64,000 nt of DNA from Ancylonema sp. (lineage: Eukaryota), in the NCBI GenBank assembly GCA_050230475.1, contig JBFLGF010000006.1, positions 62,001-126,000 of the forward strand, in the 5' to 3' direction. The notes under the pieces were generated by a model, which saw only the letters and a list, made by a program, of their open reading frames with translations, searched no databases and was not told where the DNA came from. Of this stretch, positions 40,265-51,458 are shown piece after piece; within the stretch, counting starts at the first letter, position 1; every line of letters begins with the position of its first letter. The position numbers and the translations under genes were made by a program.

Positions 40265-43200
40265 CTATTTACCTTCCTCGTGTTTCGAGCAAACCAACTT
40301 ATGTTTGCCCCAACTCCCCACTTGGCACTCCTTGCTACAATATCCCACCACCAAACAGCGCGCACACCTAAGCAACTTCCTCTCCCCCCTCTCGGCTCCA
40401 CATCCGTCACAGTTCACAAAGCTCATCGTTCCCTTTCTCCCTCCCTTCCTTCCCTTTCCTTCCAACGCTGCCTTCGGCGATTTGCCTTCCCCCCTCGGAT
40501 CCGAGTGCGGCTCACTCTCCAACATTGAAGATGGGGAGGCTTCTTGTTGCACAGGCCTAGTACCTTGTAGGTCTTTTAGCAGTCTGTTCAATTCAGCGGG
40601 ATCTTCGGATAGATCCATAAAGGTTTCTGCCCCCGCCGTCCCATCCAACAACGGCAGAAAAGAAGCTTTCCAGCGTCCATCATACGCTGTAGCACGCTTC
40701 TGCCAATCCGAGGGCTCTGTGAGGCGGTGGCAGTACAACAACAACTGGTTTAGCATAGTGAATTCCTGGGGTGGCAGTGGGAATAGAGCACGAGGAGGTT
40801 CCTTAGTTTTCCCTTATAACTCGTTCATGTGCTGCAAAGTACTCGCCACGTGCTCAAAACCCCCTGTGAGAGCCTCGTCATCCTCTTCCAACACCATTTC
40901 GCGCTTCCCATCCACGTCCATGTACACAATCTCTACCACCGCCCTCCCCCACTTGTCGCGCCGCACGACGTTGGCTAGAATCCACACCCCCCCAGCGTCC
41001 GTCTTTGCATGTATTCCACCACTCTTTCCCTTTCTCCGCACGAAGACTACGACTGACTCGTTCTGAAGAATGAACGCAAACACGTCCGCAAGCCAAATCC
41101 TCAGTCCCAAAAAGGGGGGCGGCACTTCCGAGGGTTCCCCTGTCATTTGCGCCCTCTCCACCCTCTCCTGAAGGGTGAGCATCTGCACACAACGATTGCG
41201 CAGCTCCTCCTCTCCCTCCCACTTCGCCATCCCCTCCAGATGCACTTTGGCGGCGGTAATGTCTGACGGATTGGGGGGCCACCTGGCAACCTTGACGAAC
41301 ATACACCTCATCCACTCCCCCCCTTCAGCCACCTGAACAAGGGAGCTTCGGCAATCGATAGGCCAGCCGAAGGAGAGATACATTCGGAAACTGTAGAGCA
41401 GATAGGAAAGAGATTGCCTCAGATTACATCACTTCCTCCCAAGGATACACTCAAACCCCGACATAAGAAACCTAAAAATTTCGTAAAAACGGTTTCTTAT
41501 AAATCACAATTTGAGTGTACACTCAACAAAATTCGCAAAAAAAAAAAAAAAAAAAAAAAGTTTCTCATAGCGAAGAGTTTCTCATAACGAAGTTTTTTAT
41601 ATCGAGGTTTGAGTGTACACTCACCAACCTCACACATTGAACCATAAACCGCAACCAAATCCCAAAAAAAACAAAAAAAACCCAAAACCAGCACCTGGCT
41701 AGAGTCTGAATCCCTACATCTCAAGGTACACCAAGCTGTCCCTCTCACCTCCCCACGGAGACCACCACCTCTGTGCCCTCCTCCTCCGGCTCCCCCCACC
41801 TCCCCTTCAGGCTCTTGTGCCCCCTCACCCCCCCAGGTATCATGACCACCAAGGAATACACGGGAGGGTACTCAAACACGCCCACCACTCGCGCACGCCC
41901 CTCTCTGTCATAACCGCCAGAGCCCCCCCACCCCCACACACTGCTCAGCTCGGACGGCTCTGTGGGGGGGACACTCGGGGGGGCAGCACGGGTACCCGGC
42001 CCCGTGGCCAGGACCGTCTCCTCGAAACGATCCAGGGGCAGGGTGGCCAGGGCTGACTTGTGGCCCGAGGCAAACAGAGCCACCACCACCTTGGCTTTCC
42101 TCAGCCTGTGGTCTGCGGGCAGGATGAAGCGCATGGTGGCGGTGGACGCGTCCACCTGGAAGTTGTCGATCACGTGCACACCGCCCCGCATCCTCATCGC
42201 TTCACCGTACGTCAGGCTCCTGCGCTGGGCGGCCGAAGGCATGTGGTGGGGGTACTCCACCAACACCAACCTGACAAAACTCAATCCCACAACGATCGGT
42301 CCAGACTGGATCCAATCCACCACCCCCTGAACCATCTTCTGACGATAGAGAACCGCCCCTGCGGCACCCCCGAGACGCTTACAGCCACTGGGATCGCTGA
42401 CGGGTCTCACTTGCGTCCACATGGCCCTCAACCCTCACTGGAACAGGTGGCAAGGGGCGTCTTCCGACCCCATGGCTTCCCAAGACATACGCGAACAGGA
42501 GTCCGAGTCGAGACGGTCGATGAGGTTACGGATGAGGAGGCAGAAGGTGAGAGGCGAGCATGATGACGTGGACGATTCTGGGGACAGGCCTGCGGAAAAG
42601 AGGTGGCAGCAGAGGCTGAAGATGTTTTTCAAACCGACCGACACTCCACACGGCCGCTCAACATTCCCCATCACCAGCTCACTTCCAGTCCCCCCCAACG
42701 GATCCAACCCCTCCAAGCGGGTGGAGGGGTCGAGAGAGATTTTTATAGGCACACAGATACTTTTCGGGGGAGAGGTGGCTTCTGGAGCTAGTGCCACCTG
42801 GCGCTCCCAGCCCCCCAACCCTGCCGCCCGCCACTCGAGGACGCGCTCCACCCTCTGGTCCGCGCGGGGGTGTAGTACATGGGCGGGGGAGATGGCGGCC
42901 ACTCCCAGGGCCCCATACTCGAGTTCAGTGAACAGGCGGAGGCCCAGAAGAGTCGGAAAAAGAGAAGTCTGGAAAAACGCGCATCGCAGAGAAACGTTGC
43001 AGAAGGACTTGAGCGTGGCCGTCGTCTTGTACCAAAACTTGGTGGCCGTGTAGAGGCGGGAGGAGGAGATGCTGGAGGGGGAAAGGAGGGGAAGGAATGT
43101 GGGAGAATCCTGAATTGCAGATTGGCTCTGGAAAAATCGGAAGAGCGAAACAAAGTTACATGTACAGTTGCATCTTTGCCTTCGCAAGAAGCAAAGCGAA

Positions 43201-45100
43201 AGATGTGAAGTATGTGTTTGCACATGATAACTGGTGACAAGATACGATGGATGCAGACTTGCAGCCAAGGGAACACAGTGGCAAGATGGGCTTCAGACTT
43301 AGGTTGTGAAGACAAGGCGGGATACTGTTCTAGAATGTGAAGAGGAACAAGCAAGCTCTGGTCGCTAACATCCTCGTCACAGCCTCTGCAGCACCTCTGG
43401 TTTCTATCACATCAACCACCACATTCAGTTCTGGAGGAAATGACGCGACACGAAGCTGGATCCCCTGACTGTTAGTCTTGAGTGACCACACAAAAGTAAA
43501 AAAAAAAAACAGAACCCAGACCGGATGTCTCACCGTTTTAGAAGCGGCCCACAGGTGACTAATAGGTTGAGAAGGCCCAGCTTATCCACCAGATTTTGAG
43601 TATTGATCACATCAAAACTGCCAGCTGGCACAACCATCGCTTGTTCTCCTCCCCCATTCTCCTCCCCCTCTTCCTCCACCACCGGTCTTGAAAGGTGGTA
43701 GAGAGCCAACTGCAGCGGGTTGCCCAACCAGACCTCAAACTTACCTTCCCCGTACTGAAGTATGTGGAAAATGCTTTCAAATATTCCTTCAACTGGCTCT
43801 GACAATCATCTGCCAGAGGAGCGACCTCCTCCTTAGTAGCTGCATCCAGTGCCTTTCTTTTGAAAACATCAGAAAGAGGGAGGAAGGGGCGGAAGGGACA
43901 CGCCCCAGGATGCACATACCAGGAGCCGTCAGAGGGATCGTGTAGGGTGGGGTTTGCGACGAAATTGTGAGTGGATCGGGTTTGCGTCAGACCCGTCTGG
44001 TACCAACACTCAATCTCCTTTCGAACAGGCTTTCCCTCCGAACACTTTTGCTCCCCCCGGGGAAGAAATGAATCCATTGTGGTGCGAATGGAAATCTTTT
44101 GTAGGTCTGCCACGCATTCCTCAAAGGCTTCCGGGGGCGGAGGAATTTCGTCTGCGTTCATTTTGACGACTTGGTCCGGATCAGCCCGGAGGGCGTATGT
44201 GGACAGGTACTCCTTGCGCAGCTGTGAGACTGTCTCTATCGAAGGAGCCTCTTTCCAACTCTGCCACACGACTTTCAGCGCTTCTAGATGCTGCTTATTT
44301 GGCACTAAAATTGTCCAACGCTGCAGCTGTTCAGCGTCGCTATCTATGAACTGTTTGGCCACGCCCTGAAGTCGTGTGAGCTGAGAGCGAGAGAGACTGA
44401 GGTTGCACCACACCCCCCAGAAGAACTCGACGTCAGCAGGCAGATTCGAGTCCAGAGTCTGCGCCATATGAATGAGGAGGACGACACGTGCCATTGTCAT
44501 GTGGCATTCGGCTGTCATGGAAAAGGTGAAGCTTTTCCAGGCTGCTGTTCCGGGATCACCACTCGATTTCCCGCTGGACCCTGCCTCTTTTTCGCTGGCG
44601 TTCTCTGCGACTGTCTTCAAGACTTCGCATATGTCGTCGCACTCAAGAAGGAGGATAGATATTGACGAGGAGGGGGGGAAGGCAGCAGGAGGCACCAGGT
44701 TGCGACTGTTGCTGTTGCTGATAGGGCACCTGCAAAGGCAATATGGTGGATAGGACGAACAAGGGTGGAAACTTAAACAGGTCCAGGCTTAGACAGGTCT
44801 TCAATATTAAGACTGCTGACGAGGCCAGACTTCTAATCGTCGCCACGTTCAGTGATCGGCTCAAAAAATATTGCGCAATGGCGTCCGGGCATTGGGGTGT
44901 CTTATTCCATCTAACATTCCGACCCCAAACACGCAATTTGCAGATTTGGCGTAAATTTTGTTGTCGCCAGATGCGGAATATGGTTTTCCAATGGAGGTGA
45001 TATCGCCCGCTTACCATCTGCGTCCAGCTGAGGTGATAGAAATGCAAGCTGGAGACGGCAGCTCCCATCCTGCAAGCGCTCCAGTTGTGGAGGACGCCAT
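40265..45100 (-). pseudogene. DUF4470-like + C-terminal MYND zinc-finger gene copy 3, full length but disabled (~1,240 codons)
   Basis: Exons 45100-45015 (MASSTTGALAGWELPSPACISITSAGRRW), 44729-43534, 43071-41749, 41390-40265. A 1-bp deletion near 43742 (GTA AAG to GTA AG) and in-frame stops TGA 42435-42437 and TAA 40814-40816. MYND motif: [31 protein letters not shown]. Confidence 0.88.
41448..41615. mobile_element. TA-flanked Tc1/mariner-pogo-like MITE(s) in intron 3 of MYND copy 3
   Basis: TA|CACTCAAACCCCGACATAAGAAAC ... TTATATCGAGGTTTGAGTG|TA, with an internal TTTGAGTG-TA-CACTCAA junction. This accounts for most of the intron length difference (358 bp here vs 167 bp in copy 2). A related end lies at ~56755-56780. 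Confidence 0.7.
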
Positions 45101-47116
45101 CAAGCTAGAGAAAACTTGCAACCTCGAACCCTCGAGGAACCCGCAGCACACTGGAAATGGACAACGTTGGCAGGTGCATTATGAGTCCGTTAAACAATAA
45201 ATAAATAAATGACCGAAGAGAAAGTGCAGGAACTTCAGGAACATGAGTCTTCGTTGCATTAGAACATGAGGCCACTTTTTCTCCACTCCTGCGCAAACGT
45301 GTCGTGTTCTTCACCTCCTCTACCCCCAGCATGCCTGTGGAATTGGCGGGACGGGGCACAGCATCCGTCATCCTCCCATTCTCCAGTGTTTCTCCCCTCG
45401 CCCGACCGCATAGAAGCGGCTGGCCGAGGCTGGGATGAATTCAGACCCCCGTCAAAATCTGCGGTAGGCGGGGCCTGCAAGCGCGGGCGCAACCCCTGGG
45501 GGGGTAACTTCCGGCCGGACAAAGTGAACGGCCCGTGTTCAACGAACCGCCGCTTCCGATATAATGCTCGAAATACTCCAAATTTTGTTATGATGTTGGA
45601 TTTTGTCTAGAGCTACATTACGCAATTTTTTATTTTAAAATCCGATGACGGACGGTCGAGATACGGGCGTTTTGGTGGCCAGAAAGTGAACGGACTAAAC
45701 TCGGTCTCAGGATTCCTCGAGATATGGCTTTTGAACAAAAGTGAACGAATGAACGGCGAAAAAAAATAAAGGAAAGTGAACGGGTTTTCCAGTGTAAAGT
45801 GAACAGTGAAGTGAAAAAAAATCCTTAAAAATGTGGGAAAATTGTAAAACAATCGGGAGCATGTATCCCGAGATCCCGATGCACGACATTACATGTCGGT
45901 TGGGTTTCGGACCCGGACTAGAGCCAGGTGAACCTAGACCATTCCGGGAGAGTCCCGGAAGGTCCGGAACGAACTATCCCCGGTTGAAAACAACGCTTTG
46001 TGTTTATAGTCTTTAGTTATGCCTATTGTGAAGCTTTTAATCGTACAAAATGTCGGATAATGCAATAAACAATATGTATTTAGCACGATAAACTTTTAAT
46101 AATCGAAACTTTTAATTCAACACATACACTCGGCTGGGGATAAAAAAATGTCGGTGTGGTAGGGAATCTTTCTGGTTAATATTAGAAAAGTAGCGTGTGT
46201 TTTCATGTAAAATAGAGAGGGTGCACAAGTTTAAATTCGTTCCGGATCAATATGGAAATGAACATTTATACACTTGCGGCGGACTTGTTACTCACTATTT
46301 CTTCAATGTCTTCGCAATTGTTCAACAACGTCAGTGGAGGGGACCCTAAGAGAATACTACCGCAAAGTTCGTAACACACTCTCTCAAGCATGACAAATGT
46401 AAATTGATACCTCTTCTTGACATGCACGCCCCTGTGGATTGTATCAGAAGTGGGGGCAATGGGGGGCCTTCTGGTACATCCCTATGTGCCTACCCATCCA
46501 CATAGTTTTTCGGTTTGCGCATGCCACGAAGATATACCAACAAACAATTAGCAAAGCCTAAAAGTATGTTCTACAAATGCATGTTTCTACGATTTTTTTT
46601 GCCTCTTAAAAAATCCTACTACGATCGGAAGTTGTACAACCAATTGTACTCCATTTATTTCATTCCGTCGAGTCTATGTACTATCAAGTGCTCTAATCAT
46701 ATGTGTTACAAGTGCTACATGTTCCTAATGTCTAAGGATTGAGCCTCTAACTCATGTTCTATTTGAAGACGCTTGTGAGTGACATCGGCCTACACAAAGT
46801 GACGATGAGCAAAATGAGTTGAATAATATTTTTTTGTATTTCCCATATTTAATTTACAAAGCCATGCAACCCACGGTAAGAGTATCATACCTATGCAAAT
46901 TTCAAAGGTTTTCCGTTATCGAGTTTTCTTGCCGCAATTAAGAGGAAGAAGCCGGAGTCATAGCTGCCGAAAATGAAAAAGAGGGAACATGTTGTTAAAG
47001 GTTTTTTCGGCCAACATGCACATCCTGAGGAAAAAGAGAACATCAATTACCCATTACTCTAGTGAGGGAAAAGGGGGTCCACCCATAGCTTCCACACAGC
47101 GTGCGGCTCCATCTCC

Positions 47117-48031
47117 TATTTCTGGGCCAGCTTGTTAATCGATTGTAATTTCTTACATCGATTCGCTGACGCTCTCTCTAAGCCAGCAAGCGTGCGTGTG
47201 TGTTTTTGATATCTGTCGATTTGCCTGCGTTCGCTCCGAACCGGCACTTTCATTTGTGTGTGTGTGTGTGTTTGTTGTCGCTCGCTCCGAGCCAGCATTT
47301 GTTGTAAACACCTTTTGGTGACGCTCTTTCTGAGCCAACATGTTTTATCGACGCGCCGTCGATACTTTGCTTTCGCACCAAAAGTAACTCTTACGGCTGC
47401 TAACCTCGATAGTCTGCTCCAGACTATATTGTTTGCTTTATAGTATTTTCACAGACTTTTGTACTATAGACCATCTGTTAGCTCGCCCTCGGCGTTAAGT
47501 AGTGAATTTCAGACCGCTGAGACGTGTGATATATGATAATAATATTGATATCTGAGCAGAGACTCAATCTGCAATCCTACTTAGTGAGAGCAACCGGACC
47601 ACCAACTCCACCTGAGAACCTTCGATCACCATCGAACGACATCGATACCAACTCAGTCAACATCAACATTACTCAACCACGAGCATTACCACAGTCATCA
47701 TTCTGAGAAACATCCGGGAACAAGAAGTCAAAGTACGAAGAATATCATTCCGGGCGGCCGACTCCAAACAACACGTCACCGCTGAGACGTGTGATAGATA
47801 TAATATTGATATCTCATCAGAGCCTCAATCTGCAAGACTACTTGGTGAGAGCAGCCGGACCACCGATCCCACCAGAAACCGTGCGACCACCTCAGACCAT
47901 CATCGATACTGGCGCAGTCAACATCATCGCCAGATCACCACGAGCATTACCACATGCATCATTCTGAGAAACATAATGACAAAAGTGGCAAGTATAACAT
48001 CCTTAGCGGCCGACTTCAAACCCCCCGTCAC
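47117..48031 (+). repeat. Dispersed repeat family B copy with ~265-bp terminal tandem duplication
   Basis: The unit accgctgagacgtgtgat...cgtcac occurs at 47513-47778 and again at 47778-48031. Confidence 0.8.
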
Positions 48032-48174
48032 TATCCCGTGATCCACTCGAAGGGGATAGACAAATTATTGTTTCTTTACAATGGCCCCAAAAAAAAAAAC
48101 ACACCGTAAAGAAATTATAATGAAGAAAATATATTTTACGAAAATATGCTCGTCTTGGGCCAAAACAAGTATTT

Positions 48175-49308
48175 TGTTAGGGACGGATTAAAACGTCCCT
48201 AGCAATGTGAATATTGCAAATTGCACAAGAATGGTTTCATGGCAATGGCAAGATGGAATGGTAATGGAGGCGACAGTGGCCATAAATGGATTGGTTGAAA
48301 CATAGATATACCTCCCCGCGGTCAGGAAATATCCCGCCCGCCTCCGCCTAAGTCGGTGCCGTTCGCGGGCGCCGCCCGGCCGCCCGTTAACGGGCGGGTT
48401 GAATTTCGGGATTTCATCAAAGCAAGTTTAAAAAAACAGAGCTTCAAGACGTTTTGTAATATTCAAAAAAAAAGTGGTAATGTAAGTGTGGCCATGTTGT
48501 TGATATTAGCACTTTCTATGTTTTTATTTCGGATAATGTGATGTTTCTAAAACTGAAAAGGGAGAGACTTGCGGGCACCTCCCAAAGCGACTACGGGCAC
48601 CCCCCTCCGAGAGCCCGAAGTTTTTCCATTTTTGGGACTCCACATTGATCGGAAAAAAATATAAAAAAAAATGGTAGTATTTACTTCATAAATTTGTCTA
48701 CAGTACACATTAAAAATATTTCAAACTTCGCAAAAAGTTTGGAAGCTATGATTTTTTGAACTTACTTGTTTTTAAGGGAAAGACTGCGGGCCAGTCGGAG
48801 GGGGGTGCTCGCAGTCGTGGGGGGGGTGCCCGCAGTCTCTCCCAACTGAAAATACCGAATCCCTATATACACCCGTTCGTCACCAACACAGTCCCGCCCG
48901 CGTTCCGTCCGCGTGCTTTGCCGGGCGGAGATTTTGACGGGCGTGTACATCTTCGGTTGGAATGATTGTGGCAAATCACACTATAATAGGTGCAAAGTAC
49001 ATGAGTTGATAGGAATGCTCTGAATGCATTCGTGTTGGCTAGATATGGGAAAACGCGGATCAAGTCAACTCAACACCAAGTGTGGGATAACACACTCTAG
49101 CTAATGGCACAACTCACTCTAGCTAATGGTACAACAAAACTACCTATATGCACAAAGTGGCTGCATACTGGCTGCTAGGGACACACAACTCGATATAAGG
49201 AAAATTGCGCTAGTAGCACCCTAGGGCTAATAGTGTTCTTAGTGTAGGAACCTCGCAAAGGAACACACAATGTAGTATGTACTGCTATGTGAAGATACGG
49301 GTTCAACT
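48175..49308. mobile_element. LTR-family copy (relative of the 27196 solo LTR) interrupted by nested insertions
   Basis: Starts TGTTAGggacgga..aaacgtccctagcaa and resumes at ~48950 with gtacatgagttgataggaatgctct, both matching 27196-27652. The right end is degenerate. Confidence 0.7.
48560..48843. mobile_element. Mutator-like (MULE) MITE
   Basis: TIR GGGAGAGACTTGCGGGCACC / GGTGCCCGCAGTCTCTCCC. Perfect 9-bp TSD AACTGAAAA (48551-48559, 48844-48852). Confidence 0.85.
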
Positions 49309-49517
49309 CTTGGTCGCATGTTGGTAGTGGTTTGTCGATTCTACATCGTCTCTTCGGGGTTCCTTACGCGTTGCGATCTGGAGTGGGCCATGTCCGGTTT
49401 TAAACATGTTTCGTAATCCCGCACAAAAATCAGGCCCAACTATGATTTCGACGTTATAACGTTCATGGTCGGTGTAGATGACATAGCGTGTGCTAGTGAT
49501 TGACATTGTCGACTCAT

Positions 49518-50464
49518 CATAGTTGCACGAACTCCGAACCGTTTCCGAACCAGATCTTAGATGGAACCGGTTCCGACAAAAGTGGCCACGGTTCGGAACC
49601 GCGGGGTTTAGGGTTTTTTCACTTAAACGGTATTTTGAGGGGCTATATGGCTCGGTAAAAATCGACAACTAATTCTTTTTTTTTGTACCACTTCATGGTC
49701 TATCTAACAAAAGTATCAAACAAATGATACACATTGTGAAAAAATCTAGAACGATTTTTCTCATGAATGTAACCGCCTGCTTTTGGTGCATTTCTCTGTT
49801 TTGCTCACTTCTCTGCACACTTTCTTGCTATTCATGTACAGGTAGTCATATAACAAATTCCAATTTCAGTTTCACTTTTTTTTTTAATTATCCAATAAAC
49901 CCCATTCCATATATCTTTCCTCATTCCTATCCCGTGTTTTAATTCCATGTGAAAACGTTGCGACATGATGTTGTCACCCGTTTTGTATTGCCACTCGACA
50001 GTTGATTTAACTTTCCATGTATTTCTTCTTTTCAATCGTCTGCTCAAAGCTGCGGCACTCCATTTATAACCACTATCTTCCTACTCAATTCTCCTCCCTT
50101 TCACGTCCCTTGCTTCTCCAAATGTTTTCATAGTGGAAGGTCGCGTGTTGTTTTCTGCCAATGAAAATGCACCACGTCCTGCTATAACGCGAAACAAAGC
50201 AAATTGAAACTAACAATGACCACGCCATATTTTTCCGATGAAATATTTCACAATTTTAGCGTCTGAAACGGACGTGGAGTCACCAACATGAACATTTACA
50301 ACGCGGGGGATTTATTTCCCCCGCGTACGTTTTTTGGGAGGGAATTAATGTTCTACCGCGGGAAGGAGTAAACCCCTAAAAATCTCCCGGTTCTTCCGGT
50401 TCCGAAACGGTTCCACCTCGGAACCGGTTCCAAAGAAAAAAAACAGCCGGTTCGTGCAACTATG
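49518..50464. mobile_element. Non-autonomous hAT element (family A, 947 bp)
   Basis: TIR CATAGTTGCACGAAC. Perfect 8-bp TSD CGACTCAT (49510-49517, 50465-50472). Confidence 0.9.
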
Positions 50465-51458
50465 CGACTCATGTGTTTGCACGAGCGAGGGGCACAATCT
50501 AGCACAGGCGCGACACGGAATCAGATCACCATGCATGGAATCTAATTTTCCATAGACAAAGAGGTCTATCAACCATATAGTAATTCTTTTTCTTCAAACA
50601 ATTATCACTATCTCGATGCTGGGCGAGTTCTTAATTTCTTCTCAATAGCAAGACCAAGGAGTCAATGATGTGCATTGGGTCATTACAAAAAACTCATTCA
50701 CAATTTGATATTTTTGCACACGTGTGTCACAAATTGATAAATTTGATGACTGGCATGAATCTAAAACCGATACCCAAGCATGCCATATGGTCGTGCAAAT
50801 AATATTGTAGTAGTCACATCAACTTCGTTACTGTTGTTTCCCCTCTGTAGAACGTCAACTTCTATGCATTTATGTATGTTGATGACATCAGTCACATACA
50901 AATCCTTATCACAACATATGAAGAAATAGTTGCACCATCCCCAAGTTAAGTCCTTTTCCACAGGTTTATGTAGACAAAGTTAATGTCATCAATCGGCCCA
51001 TACCACCAACTCTAACCACGTGCCAATTAATAGCAATTAGTATGCTTAGCCTCTAGAAACATCACCTTCACATATCACGCACTCTCGAGGTTTGTTGTCC
51101 AATGTGCGCAAGATTTATGGAAGGCGCTCTCTCTTATCACCTAAAGCACACTAAGAGAACTAACAGAGAGGGTAGGTTACGATGTATGTACAAATAAGAC
51201 AAAAGTTCTTGGTGCCCCCAGTGGGCATCCGACAGTGTACACGAAGTACTCTTTCTACGTGGCTCAGTATCTAGGAAAAATATCAATGTTATGAAATGCC
51301 CGGTAGATCCATGATATCTCTGGGTATTCCCGGTATGATATCTAAACTACGTGCCAATAATATGTTGTGCAATTGCCACCGCAATTTGGGAAGTACTCAT
51401 GCATTCCTTTTGCGGGGGTCATGCGAGTCTCCAATACACCGCGCAACAAGGTGGACTT

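Noticed and set aside
40305..43354. Plus-strand and alternate-frame ORFs over MYND copy 3 (253, 210 and 188 aa)
   Set aside because: They are shadows of the minus-strand pseudogene exons.
18309..45100. Stop-codon readthrough, recoding or RNA editing as an explanation for the in-frame stops in MYND copies
   Set aside because: The stops are a mix of TGA, TAG and TAA at non-shared positions and come with frameshifts. Neighbouring intact genes terminate normally with TAA or TGA.
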